Counted from the stretch's first letter, positions 1 to 12,569 are shown. The stretch is 64,000 bases of DNA from Octopus vulgaris (GCA_951406725.2 OX597836.1:6076001-6140000), one strand, 5' to 3'. A program made the numbers and translations. Notes: generated by a model not told the origin, from the letters alone.

Positions 1-434
1 CTTCAACACGTTTATATTTTTAATGTGTGCGTTTGTTCGTTGATTGATTTTCCTAAAACCCGTAGCTAATTCAGATTGTCACGTGGGCATTTACAGACAA
101 CACCAAGTGCGCGAATTATTGTCGGCATAAATGTGAATTTATAATTTGGACAGAGAAATCAGGGGTTTCGAATTAGTTGCCCATGGTCATCTTCTTTCTC
201 CTTGAGTTTCAAGGAATATACACATCAGCAGGTGTGCTGACATCTAGGAAGGTACACCCATTTTCTTGTTTGCCCCCAAAACCACAATATTTGGCTTGTT
301 ATGTTTACACTTGACAATTGTGTTGATGGGAATCTTACACCAATATTGTTTATGTGGGTGTTTCATGTCTATATGTTTGTATGTGTGTATGTATGTATGT
401 ATGTGTTCATGTATCTGTGTATGTATGTATGTTT

Positions 435-533
435 GTCATTTTTCAGTTTTATTTCGAGATTTCTCGCCAATAGAGAAAGACCCGGTATCTACCCTAGATT
501 CCTTCATTGGAATTTCAAATTCAACAACAGGGG
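435..533 (-). mobile_element. ~100-bp dispersed repeat embedded in (TATG)n/(CATA)n; likely retroelement (PLE-type) 3' end, copy 1
   Basis: Clearly homologous to 8789-8890 (GTCATT..TCAGTTT.ATTTC.AGATTTCT.GCCAATAGAGAAA...GGAATTTCAA..TCAACAACAGG). On the minus strand it ends AATAAA...AATGAA/AATGAC followed by (CATA)n. Confidence 0.6.
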
Positions 534-539
534 TGCATA

Positions 540-860
540 TATATGTGTCACTAAGTCTAGATGTATATGGTTGTGATTGTCTATGTATGCGTGCAGGCAT
601 ATGTATGTATTTATGTATATATGTATGTGTGTATATATGTATGTATGCATGTATGTATATATGTATATATGTATGTATGTGTGTACGTATGTATGTATGC
701 ATGTATGTATATATGTATGTATGTATGTATATATGTATGTATGTATGTATGCATGTATGTATGTATGTATGTATATATGTATGTATGTATATATGTATGT
801 ATGTATTACGTACGTACGTACGTATGTATGTATGTATGTATGTATGTATGTATGTATGTA
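540..860. repeat. (TATG)n/(TA)n compound microsatellite
   Basis: Direct reading; source of the MYVC/HTYI ORFs. Confidence 0.95.
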
Positions 861-1420
861 GATACGCGAATATAACTGTGAAGGATTTTTTATTTGACCC
901 TGCGTCGTCTCGAATGATGCTGCATAGGTCGTACGACTCCATAACGATTTAGGCGAACATAACATCAACATATACACATACATACACAGAGGTAAACTCA
1001 TATGACGTCAGATTCACGCACAGAACACACACCCACACACACCACACACACCACACACACCACACACACACACACGCACACATACAAAAGTAGACATAGA
1101 CAAACGCTCACACACATGCCCACACATATTCATAGTTGTGTGGGCATGTCTGCTGATAGATATGAATATCATTTCTCCGATGATTGCGAATTCCGCCCCC
1201 GTTTCCCTCTCTCTCTCTTTCTCTCTCTCTGTCTCTCTCTGTATATCTCTCCTTCTCTGCACCCCCATCTTTCTCACTCTATCTCTCTCCATTTTGTTTC
1301 GCTCTTTCTCTTATCTTTCCTCTCTTTTTCTTATAATTTGACATTCATACAAATAATTCTTTGTGGGGTTAAATGACACTTGCATCGTTGTCTTAAGCTT
1401 GCTAACTCTTTCTCTCTCTC

Positions 1421-1464
<44 letters not shown>

Positions 1465-1498
1465 TATATGTACACTATGTACACTTAACATTCATGCA

Positions 1499-1677
1499 AA
1501 ATTTTGGCACATGCCAGCCAGTTTAGAGGATCGGGTAAGCAGATTACATCGGCGCCAGCGCTCAACAGGTGTTATTCTATCAACCTCGACGGAATTTGAA
1601 CTCAGAACGTAAAGTCAGGCGAAATGCCGGTAAGCATTTTGCCCGGCACGCTAACAATTCTACCAACTCACCGCCTT
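1499..1677 (-). mobile_element. SINE-A (tRNA-derived head), tail type 2, internally deleted
   Basis: Reverse complement of GGCGGTGAGTTGGTAGAATTGTTAGCGTGCCGGGCAAAATGC...GTTCTGAGTTCAAATTCCG (A and B boxes), ending TGTGCCAAAATT. Confidence 0.8.
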
Positions 1678-2291
1678 AGATACACTTAGTGTTAACACGG
1701 AATAAATTTCATACCATTAAGGGAGGTATTTATAGAGATGATGGCTCATTAATTTTAAAGCTTACAATAAAAAAGCAGGGTTGTTACTTCATAAAATTTA
1801 CTGCCATTTTATTTAACGGCCTGATTTGAAAAATATAGTAAATTGTACCCTTAAGAGAGTGAATTTGTTTGGGAAAAAACTCGTGTATTAAAATAAATGT
1901 TTTAAGCTTATACGTAGACAATGATTAAAACAATTCACCATACCTTTTTAGAAATATTCCCATCTATTTGGATAAGCGGTTGGCACGTTCTTATAAGAAA
2001 ACAGCGCCCAGCAGAGTAGCAACAATAAGCAACAATGCACATATGTCCATTGGTGCCAAAGAAAACACTAAATATCTTAGTCATACAACAATCAACATAA
2101 CGCATTGCAAGAGTGAAACGTGGTATAATTCTCCGTTTTCCAATTAATCTAACAACCTTTGCAGGCAAACACGCTTTCTATCTTGTAAGGACTAATTGTT
2201 CTTACGGACATAAGGACAGGAAGATCTTTAACACATTCTCACTCTAAACGAACTACCCTACACGATTGAAAACGGTTAGCACGCAAGCGTC

Positions 2292-2294
<3 letters not shown>

Positions 2295-2355
<61 letters not shown>

Positions 2356-2424
2356 AAGAAGAAGAAGAAGAAGAAGAAGAAGAAGAAGAAGAAGAAGAAG
2401 AAGAAGAAGAAGAAGAAGAAGAAG
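2295..2424. repeat. (AAT)n followed by (AAG)n microsatellite
   Basis: Direct reading; gives the poly-N/poly-K ORF. Confidence 0.95.
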
Positions 2425-2836
2425 ACTAAAACAGTACCTGTTGTCATAGGTGCCCTGGGAATGATAGCAAAAGGGGCTGATTGCTACCTAGCTCAGATAT
2501 TTTGAAACCCCAAAATGACAGAAATTCAAAAGATAGTGCTCACGGGAGCTGTCCATATCCTACGCAAAATACTTTCTATGTAATCTCAAGTTTTAAAACA
2601 AACTCATAATTTTCTTATGGTTTCTTAAACATTCTCTAGAACAATACTTTGTGCAAAACCAAATATATGGCACCCTAGGCATAACACCAACACGAACTTC
2701 CAGGTCGTTGTCTCTTGAGGTCTCTGGGTGAGACTTGGAGCCAACTTGTACAAATGTAAAGCAAAAGTCAAACATATAATAATAATAATAATAATGATAA
2801 TAATAATAATAACAATAATAATAATAATAATAATAA
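2425..2836 (+). mobile_element. 5'-truncated RLE-type non-LTR retrotransposon (R4/Dong-like) 3' end with (AAT)n tail
   Basis: Translation TKTVPVVIGALGMIAKGADCYLAQIF*NPKMTEIQKIVLTGAVHILRKILSM* matches the R4/Dong C-terminus pattern (VPVVIGALG...QKxxLLGTAHILRK); one in-frame stop; 3' UTR then (AAT)n from ~2777. Confidence 0.8.
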
Positions 2837-4073
2837 GGAAATAATGAATAATTCAAAGGAACAGACTCCCACACAACAACGTGACACAGAAATGCAATCG
2901 CCACTCTCAACGCTGAACAGTAACTAACTAGGAAGAATCATTTATATATGCAACCACCCTCACATCTAAAATTAACCAAAACCGCATTGATTATCTAGGA
3001 ATATATGATGATCAATTAAAAACTGACTATCTGCATATCGAAACATTTAGAACATTGTAAGGAAGACACAGCATTTGCAAAAAAAAGTATATTGTTTTTT
3101 GGTTCCTTTTCATTTTTTTTTTTTCAAGTAACCTTATACTCCATGTTATAGAATAGTGACTCTTAGATCATGCATTAATTCGTGTACACCAAAATGCTTT
3201 CTGAGTCCTTTGCACACACGAAAGTCAATTAATCCTGAAGCACTAAAACCAACAAATTGAATCACCGCAGGGAATTAATTTCTTCATGCCTTCACAGGCG
3301 TAATATCTTCGTAAGTGCCATAATGAAATTGCTTCTTCAATAACACGAAATCCAAACGAAAAATATATTTTTTTCTCTTTCCTCTTCAAATAATACCTGG
3401 CGTTTTAATTAGTAATAACCAGCAAATAATACAACAAATAATACAGCAAACTCCAGACATTTACCCGAATAAGTCAAACCGCTGTAATTCGGTCAATGCG
3501 ATCTGTTTTTTTTTTTCTCCTAAAATAGTTCACTATCAAAACCCCACAAAGGAATACAATTTCCTTTTCTCTCCATGCGTTTCAATAGACACATAGACAC
3601 ACATACACACACACACATACACACCTACACTGAGCAGTTTCTGCGAAGACACAGAAAGAGAAGTAAAGAACTCACAGATACATTCACTAACATTGACACA
3701 CGTCATACAAAATAGGATCCACATTTATGATACGTAACAGACTGCTTGCTGTAATTTTTAAGAATAAAGGCAAAACGTTAGTCTTCATCCCTTAATACTT
3801 AACTAGCAATGCTAAGAGAAAACTCTACAGTTGTGATTCTCAGACAACATATTTAGGTAATAATTATAAATTGCATTGTGTAATACAGCTAATTAGGCTC
3901 CCTTTCTGCTTAATATATTTCTTTACTATATACGTATATCTTTATATGTATATATATGTATGTATGTATATTATTTATGTATGTAAGTATGCATGCACCT
4001 ATGCATTGAAAGATTGGATGTTTTCATTCCTTGTATTGGATTTAATTTATGTACACACACACAGACACAGACA

Positions 4074-4143
<70 letters not shown>

Positions 4144-4529
4144 TATATATATATATATATATATAATGGAGAAATTGTACGTAATGTATAACTAGATGTG
4201 TAAAGAACTGGCACAGTTTCAATTCCCTGTTGTTATCCGTAGATTTATTGCAGGAACTTCGTAGTGGTGGTTGGGGTAACAGTATTAATAAAATAAGGTA
4301 TGGAATGTGTAATAGACTTTATTGGGTGCAACACGTGTTTGGACATCAATAAAAGGTCTCGCTAGAGATTTCTTGAGTCGACTTACGTACCGCGCTATAT
4401 GTCCATCAAATTCGAGAATAGGTAAAATCAGAGAAAAATTATTGAAACGCAAAAAAATTTAAATATGAAAGTGGAAACTTTAAATTCTAGTTTAGAGAAA
4501 ATGACGTAATAATATTTTGCTGTTGTTAC

Positions 4530-4840
4530 TTTGTCCAACGTGCCGCACCCTGGGGCTGAACAAGGAACCATGTGTTCGGAAAGCAAGCTTCTTATTTCTT
4601 TATTTCCCACAAGGGGCTAAACATAGAGGGACAAACAAGGACAGACAAAAAGATTAAGTCGATTATATCGACTCCAGTACGTAACTGGTACTTATTTGAT
4701 CGACCCCGAAGGGATAAAAGGCAAAGTCGACCTCGGCGGAATTTGAACTCAGAACGTAACGGCAGACGAAATACGGCTACGCATTTCACCCTGCGTGCTA
4801 ACGTTTCTGCCAGCTCGTACACACAGCCACACCTGCGCCA
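4530..4840 (-). mobile_element. SINE-B 5' half interrupted by a nested SINE-A
   Basis: 4818-4840 is the reverse complement of the SINE-B start (GGCGCAGGTGTGGCTGTGTG); 4530-4592 is its continuation (TAAGAAGCTTGCTTTCC...CATGGTTCC...GGCACGTTGGACAA). Confidence 0.75.
4593..4817 (-). mobile_element. SINE-A, tail type 1, near full length
   Basis: Near-identical to the plus-strand copies at 18407 and 49756 (CGAGCTGGCAGAAACGTTAGCACG...GAGTTCAAATTCCGCCGAGGTCGACTTTGCC...TTTAGCCCCTTGTGGG). Confidence 0.9.
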
Positions 4841-4849
4841 AGATATATA

Positions 4850-4898
<49 letters not shown>

Positions 4899-4945
4899 CG
4901 ATTATACTGATATCATGATACTGGAATTCAATTATATATATATAT

Positions 4946-4981
<36 letters not shown>

Positions 4982-5950
4982 ATATATATATATATGTATA
5001 TTAGTTATGTTTATGTATATGCATATACACACATGCACACATATACAAAGACAGCGATCATTAACAATAAAGTGTTGTTAAATCCTGCCTTCTTAATCTA
5101 GAACCTCACAGACCATCTTATAATGCATGAAAACACTGTAATTTATGTTCACCTCCTCCCACAACACACGCAGTGAGAGAAAGAGAGAAAGAGAGAGAGA
5201 CAGAGAGAGTGAGAGAATGGTAGAGCAATCGTACGCCGTATGCTTCATCAGCGACCATCGTTATATAGTTATGAATTCGGGGAAATCTCACTGATATGGG
5301 GAAGGTTATGTTGACATAACTGTTGTTTATTTAGAGTGAAGCAATTCGTATCCATCCATATTGAAGTTTATTGGATTTGGTGGTTGGCTTGTGCTTCGTT
5401 TTCTTTTGTGTTTTTCTCTGTGTAGAACTGTGTACGCGCATGCGTGTGTGTTTATTGAGAGAGACATTTTATCAGTTGTGTTTTATATCGTCCTTTGTGA
5501 GAATCATAATATCTTTAGTTATATAACTTTCCAACGCGTCAATTACTGGTTATTTTTACCTTTCTGTAGTTGCTGAAATTCACGGTTGTTTGAAGAGACA
5601 TTGTAGAGCAAGGAGGTCCTGAAAATATATATAAATAATCACAAAAAAGAAAGACCTTTGGATTATGTCGGCAAAATATATAAGATGATGTCAAAAAAAC
5701 GGGAACAAAGAGAAAAGTTAACGTATCCCTTTACATAGGTTGCCCAATAGTTCAAAAAAATATTTCGGGAAAAAATTCCGTTTCAAATAGGAAGATAATG
5801 AAATATTTCGGAGAAACGTCTTGCTACTGGTGTTCATTCTAAAAAAATATATAAAGTGGAGAATATTGTTTTGGTCAATGCGATAAAAATACCATGTGTA
5901 CTGAAGTCTCAGAATGAAGAACATACTCAATAGTAAAGAAAATCTTCCAG

Positions 5951-6400
5951 TTAAAACATCAGTTGCGTTCAGGAGTTCAATTAAAACTCCAGCAGCGTTT
6001 GGGTGTCGAATTAATAGTTCAGCTGCATTTGGAATTCGAATTAAAATTCCACAATCATTTGGGAGTCGAAGTAAAGCCCAGGAGCATTTGTGAGTCGAAT
6101 TAAAACCCAGGAACATTTGCGAGTCAAATTAAATCTCGCCATCATTTGGGAGCCGAATTAAAGCCTAGTAGCAATTTTACGAGTCGAATTAAAGTTTCAG
6201 TATCCTTTGAAGAACGAAGTAAAGCGGAGAAGCGCCTGGGAGTTAAACCAAAGCTCCAGCATCGTCTGTGAGTCGAATTAGAGCTTCTGCATCTAGTAAA
6301 TTAAAGCTCTAGTAAACTTTTAGAGTCAAATTAAAGCTCTATAATTGTTTAGGAGTTGAAGTACAGCGTAGTAGTATTTGGGAGTCATATTAAAGTTATA
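5951..6400. repeat. Degenerate 29-30-bp minisatellite, about 15 units, consensus ~GGGAGTCGAATTAAAGCTCCAGCAGCATTT
   Basis: Recurring (G)AGTCGAATTAAA at 29-30-nt spacing, with units diverged throughout. Confidence 0.85.
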
Positions 6401-6409
6401 TAGCAAATG

Positions 6410-7345
6410 AAAATCTGTCAAAGGTGTTCAATGATTCTTATTGATTGTCTTAAAGTTGGCAACATGGCTATGCTAGCGATTCTTAAATGAATCAGCCGTC
6501 TGCCCAATGTAAACATAGGGCCCTCCTCTTGTGTGCACGATACATATATAAACAAGATTTGTACTCATACAGAGATTCATCAAAGGACATTTTGATTTTT
6601 CTCTGCATGAGCACCTATCGTATTTATTGGTGTAAAAGGCACACCCAACCCCATTTAGCGGCGTTGTTACCGTCCTAGCTGTATCACAACTAATTCTACT
6701 ACTACAAATTGGTCGCAGTTGGTGTTTATCAAAGCGGTTTACGTCTCCTTGGTTGGTATTTAGATGAAAATGTTCGCTAGATCCAGTAGGTAGGTTTTTG
6801 AACCTCTGCCGCATTCTGCTATTGTTTATGCGATGCATAAGCAGCTCTAAATTAGCAGAATTGGCATAGGATACTTTCACGGTGTGTCGATTAAAAATAG
6901 CATGATACCGATTAGATTTAAGAAAACATTCGTCCAAAGCAGCAAACAATTTTCCAGCTATCTTGGTAGAAACATGCAGACCGAAAATAGAGTTGAACCA
7001 GAGGATATCCTGATTCCGATATCTGTTGCTAGGCTTATTTGATCAAGCAGTTGAATTTATTAAGACGCGTGTGTCTCTGAGTTTTCGTTGATATGACCAA
7101 TTCTTACTGGCCTGTATTCTTTATTTGAGTGAGTTCTCAGACGGTAACGTTGTGGTGGTATACGATGTGCATCGTAGTTGGAGGAATTACCAGTGTTGTG
7201 TATTCCTGGTCCTTGTATATATTCGATATTTTTCACGGTACTCAGCCCTAGCTAGAGCAGCATTATAATGGGATGCATGAGATTCGAAAATTTTATTGTT
7301 AGCAGATAATCTAGAGATTCTTGTAGAAATATTCTTAACTAGTCC
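6410..7345 (-). mobile_element. Penelope-like retroelement fragment (RT thumb, linker, GIY-YIG endonuclease), pseudogenised
   Basis: Minus-strand segments [63 protein letters not shown]...IFNRHTVKVSY, CSCREKSKCPLMNLCMSTNLVYICIV...YVYIGQTADSFKNR*HSH: typical PLE linker, Cys cluster and VY...YIG motif; stops and frameshifts present. Confidence 0.9.
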
Positions 7346-7987
7346 CCGTATATGTATGTATGTATATATATGCATCTACATATGTATGCATGTGCATTTA
7401 TATATATATGAATGTATAAATATATATACTTATAATTATATATATATATACATATATATATGTATGTATATATACATATTCACACATATCTATAGGTGTA
7501 TTTGTATGTGTGTGTATTATATATTATATGTCTGTGCGTGTGTTTTGTTTGTTTGTGTGTGTATGTGAGTGTGCGTTTACTTTTGAGAGTGTGTGTGTAT
7601 GTGAATGTGTGTATAACTGTATATATATCCTCATAAATGTTTAGGAGATAACTTCATATTTTATCGTCTGAATTCTAAAATTATATATTTTGTATACCCT
7701 TCAATTACGTTCCTCTTCATATCCTATTCATTTTATCATTTTCATTTTAGCCTCCATATTGTATTCTACATACAGTCTGATATTATATTGCTCTTGTCTT
7801 TTTAATATATAGTCGATATCTTCATATTATATTGTCCACAGGATCGTATCATATTCTTCATATATTTCTATTCTATATTGTGTGTAAACTCTTGCGATAT
7901 TCCTCACAGCCTCACCTTTGCATTATATTCCTGCTATATTGTTTAAATAACCATATATAATATATATATATAATATATATATATAAT

Positions 7988-8050
<63 letters not shown>

Positions 8051-8161
8051 GTGAGTGCCGGTATGTTTATGAGTATATATATGTGTCTCTCTTTGTTTAT
8101 TTATATATATATATATTTATGTATGTATGCATCTATGTATATATTATATGAAACCACGTTG

Positions 8162-8204
8162 TATTAACAATCTCGTATTTCTTTCCCTCTATTTACAGGT
8201 AAGT
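8162..8204 (+). promoter_or_regulatory. Candidate recursive splice site (branch point, polypyrimidine tract, CAG|GTAAGT)
   Basis: TATTAAC (8162-8168), then TCTCGTATTTCTTTCCCTCTATTTACAG|GTAAGT; AG at 8197-8198, GT at 8199; downstream donor AAG|GTAAAT at 8293/8294. Confidence 0.55.
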
Positions 8205-8676
8205 AGACAGTTATATACACAGTTTATATTGGCAGTATTTTATTTGGAAGCTCCAGAACGAAAAAAAAACCAATATCAATCAAAACCGTAAAGGTAAATC
8301 GATGATTCTGGTACTGACTTTTTTTTTATACTTCAGAATTTTTTTGGTTTTCTTTTTGCTGTTTGTATTGTTTCCAAAACATTCCTACATACGAATCAAT
8401 TGCAAAATGATTGAACTCTTATTGATCCATCTACCTAATTTTAGGATTCTATACTAACCGTCATCTCACGATGACGGGTATTTCGGGTGGGTAGTAAAAG
8501 ACTGCCACAGATTAAATTCCAGCTTTCCTGAATTAGGAGGATTTTTTTGCTATATGCTGGCAAAGGGGAACAATATATATATATATAAACTCACACATAT
8601 GCTTGTATGTATATATATATATATATAGCACTTGATAAGGTACTTTTCGGCTAATCATACCTTAACGTAACAGTAT

Positions 8677-8715
<39 letters not shown>

Positions 8716-8788
8716 TTATATATATGTATGTATGTATGTATGTATATGTACATATGTAAGTATGTGTGTATACGTATGTTTTGTGTGT

Positions 8789-8890
8789 GTCATTATTCAG
8801 TTTATTTCAAGATTTCTTGCCAATAGAGAAAAAACGTTTTCTAACCTAGATCTAAGGCTCCTTTGGAATTTCAACATCAACAACAGGATA
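8789..8890 (-). mobile_element. ~100-bp dispersed repeat in (TATG)n, copy 2
   Basis: Homologous to 435-533, in the same orientation relative to the microsatellite. Confidence 0.6.
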
Positions 8891-8898
8891 TTTTTGTT

Positions 8899-9104
8899 TG
8901 TATGTACCTATGTATGTATGTATGTATGTATGTATGTATGTATGTATGTATGTATGTATGTATGTATGTATGTATGTACGTATGTATGTATGTATGTATG
9001 TATGTATGTATGTATGTATGTATGTATGTATGTACGTACGTACGTACGTATGTATGTATGTATGTATGTATGTATGTATGTATGTATGTATGTATGTATG
9101 TATG

Positions 9105-9135
<31 letters not shown>

Positions 9136-9275
9136 GTATGTATGTATGTATGTATGTATGTATGTATGTATGTATTATGCATGTATGTATGTATGTATGT
9201 ATGTATGTATGTATGTATGTATGTATGTATGTATGTATGTATGTATGTATGTATGTATGTATGTATGTATGTATG
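8899..9275. repeat. (TATG)n microsatellite
   Basis: Direct reading. Confidence 0.95.
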
Positions 9276-9494
9276 AATGGGCAGATTTGTATGTTTTATG
9301 AACGTATTCTCGTGGATATAGCTGCATATCTAGACTTGCTCATAACTCCAAGGGGAATGAGGTTTGGAGTTACGGTTTCTTCTATAACTACAGTTAGAAA
9401 GGCCCTTTTCACCTGTTGAGCTGTTGTTTTCGTTCTGTGGTTTGATTGTGTTGTTGTTGATGTTGTGTCCAGCCATGTTTTTTTGTAGTAATTG

Positions 9495-9552
<58 letters not shown>

Positions 9553-9926
9553 GCAACTGTCATGTATATATATATATATATATACATATATATACATGTA
9601 GATGCATATAGACGTATATATGTATGTATGTACGTATGAATATGGTTGTGTTTGTGTGAGTGTGTGTGTGTTTGTGCGTGCGCGCACGCGCGCGTTTTTA
9701 TAAGTATGATCCCGTAAGGAAGGAGGTGCTTTGTGACAGAGCTAGAACGCTCCATCGTTGAAATGTAGATTACAACAACAATGTCACATCTTGAACTAGA
9801 ACAAATTCTTACATACTTTTATTGTTCCGTTCAGAAATTGTATTCGTAATTGTGAGAGTTGGTTATTCTTTTTCTAAAATCCCTAACTTTTCGAGATTGC
9901 CTCTTAACCATTTATAAACAACACCA

Positions 9927-10015
<89 letters not shown>

Positions 10016-10699
10016 CCCTCGTATGTGTGTGTGTGTGTGTGTGTGTGTGCTTGCGTGTGTGTGTGCCCTCGTATGTGTGTGTATGAATGAATGAATGAAT
10101 TAATGAGTGAATGAATGTATTTATATATGCATACAGCGCTATACTGTCCTCATATTTTCCGTACAAATTATCGAATTATTTTGCATCCTTTCCGCCATTG
10201 CTTAAATAATCCTCATTTCCTTACATTCCTCTCTATTACATAATCCCTGCACTTCCTTCTTACACCCAGCTAACTTTACATTTCTCTATCAATTGATATA
10301 TTTTTTTTTTTACTTGAAACTGCTTTCCTATCAAATATTAAAGTAATAACTTTATACTTACACACACCTTCTAAACTCTTCATTAACTGATTTTATCCGT
10401 CGCTTTTCTTTAACGAGACATAACATAATTTATCTCTCCCAGAGTTCTCCCATTGTTTTCCTTGATATCAGAATGGTTTTTGATTCAGAGAAAGGCCCAG
10501 TAGTTTTGGGAAGTGGGTAGTGGATACCATGACCCCTCACTACATGTCTGGTACTTTGTATTATCAGCTCAAGAACGGAAGTAAACCAAAACGTCCACCA
10601 CCATCACCACTTCCGCCATGGTCCTTGCTACGAACATCACAACCTACAAGAACAATCATAGACCTTAGACTGTTAGCTATTGAAATAGGACACAAATCT

Positions 10700-11085
10700 T
10701 AGAACATCAATCATAGGTTATCGATCATAGATCATAGGTTAAAGACCATAGATCATAGATCATATGTCATAGGTCAGAGATTAAACATCATAGATCATAG
10801 TTCATAGGCATTAAATCTAGGTCATACAACTTAATTCATGGAACAAGGGTAATAGATCTTAGGACCTATACCATAAGCTAACTATCATATATCAAGAAAA
10901 ATTTTGTAGATTATGTAAAGGATAGTAGGTCATACGTCATACATTGTAGATCACAGATCGTATTTCATAAGTCATAAAAAATGTATCACAAATGATGTCA
11001 TATATCATCGGCCATAGATCACAGGTCATTGAACATAAGCCCGTGATCATGTTACAAAACATAGCCCAGAGGTCATAGGTCACAA
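10700..11085. repeat. Degenerate heptamer repeat (TCATAGA/TCATAGG)n
   Basis: For example GATCATAGATCATAGGTT, CCATAGATCATAGATCATATGTCATAGGTC, CATCATAGATCATAGTTCATAGG. Confidence 0.75.
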
Positions 11086-11571
11086 GTTTGCTAGAGCAGG
11101 ACTGGTCTGAAACGAGAGAACAGCGGCACTTCTGTCTGGTAAACTACACTGTGATCAAAACAAAATGGTTTTCAAATAATACAGGTAATATAAGAGGCAC
11201 CATAATACTATCACTACAGAATAATAAGACAGAGAACGCATAACGCTGTCTACAAATTCTGCAGTCACTGTTCTAGTAACTATTAACATCAACAAAGATT
11301 TCGATACCGTTTCTCGATACCCGCTAAATCTAAATATACTCTAGATCAAATTGAATATCAACACAAAAGGATGGCTAGCAAACTATTCATCAGATCACAA
11401 ATTCTTTGTCGCACATAATAGCAACATTTGCAGAAATTGCGATTTTCTCCTCATTGTGATCATTTCCTTCACCTCTGAGATCCGTCTTTTAAAACTATTT
11501 TTATTTCCTAACTATGCATAATCGATCTCCCAACATCTTTCAAAGAAACAAACTATGGCTTTATACACAAA

Positions 11572-11963
11572 CTAGCAGTATCACCCGGCGTTGCTCGGGT
11601 TTGTTTCGACCCTTTAGAATTGGAATCTTTGAAAAGTAAAAATTGTGCATTATGTAGCTTGTTATTTTCTCTAAGTGAACATTTTTCTGGTTGAAATATA
11701 CCGAAAAATGGCGACACAGCAGTCAAAAAATCGTAAAAAATAGGGATTTTCATAGAAAAAAAGCAACTTTTTAATGTAAGTAATTTTTGTTGTTAACATG
11801 GTCCGATTTGAATTTTTTGTTCTACGGAAGGAAGAGCAAGCCTTCTTCTATCATACTCTCAATTTTGGTCAACTTGCGCCACAGGGTCTCGGAGGAGATA
11901 GTGTTAGTTGAAGGCTACCAAGCCTGCCAAACACAGACAACTTCAGCTTTATAGAGAGCGAGA
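11572..11963 (-). mobile_element. Non-autonomous Helitron (family H1)
   Basis: Minus strand starts A|TC...TATAAAGCTGAAGTTGT and ends ACAAACCCGAGCAACGCCGGGTGATACTGCTAG|T: 5' TC, subterminal hairpin, 3' CTAG, inserted between A and T with no TSD. Confidence 0.8.
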
Positions 11964-12262
11964 TAACATGGTAGGCAACAACTCCACGATTTTACAGATA
12001 TTGTTGCACAACTCTACATCATTCGCAAGATAGCCTGTAGTCACAACAAACGATATAAAAGTAGCCCCTACTAAATATATTGTGTCCTTCTTTAGCACCA
12101 AAACTAGGGAACATTTATAAGCAGACGACACTCTCAACAACATAAATATAATTCACCACGATGGAGGCGAGGACGAACCTTCCAATGGGCAAACTTGGTA
12201 ATTGCTGAGAATTCTTTCTGTATGAAACCAACGGTAGACTTGTTGACCCACAAATAAGATAC

Positions 12263-12335
<73 letters not shown>

Positions 12336-12375
12336 CATATATATATGTATGTACGTATGTATGTATGTATATATG

Positions 12376-12411
<36 letters not shown>

Positions 12412-12427
12412 TGTATGTATGTATGTA

Positions 12428-12458
<31 letters not shown>

Positions 12459-12569
12459 ATGTATGTATGTATGTATGTATGTATGTATGTGTGTGTGTAT
12501 GTATGTATGTATGTTTGTATGTATGTATGTATGTATGTATGTATGTATGTATGTATGTATGTGTGTGTG

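Noticed and set aside
266-1376. Long ORFs rich in MYVC/HTYI/YI (here and throughout the window)
   Set aside because: Translations of (TATG)n, (TA)n and (CA)n, which lack stop codons; no domain content.
5300-5720. Possible plus-strand exons (donor AAG|GTTATG near 5304, acceptor TTTCTGTAG at 5568)
   Set aside because: Weak donor, no convincing downstream donor and no ORF; cannot be supported without RNA data.
5951-6400. CRISPR-like array (30-nt periodicity)
   Set aside because: Units are contiguous and diverged with no unique spacers; eukaryotic context and no cas genes.
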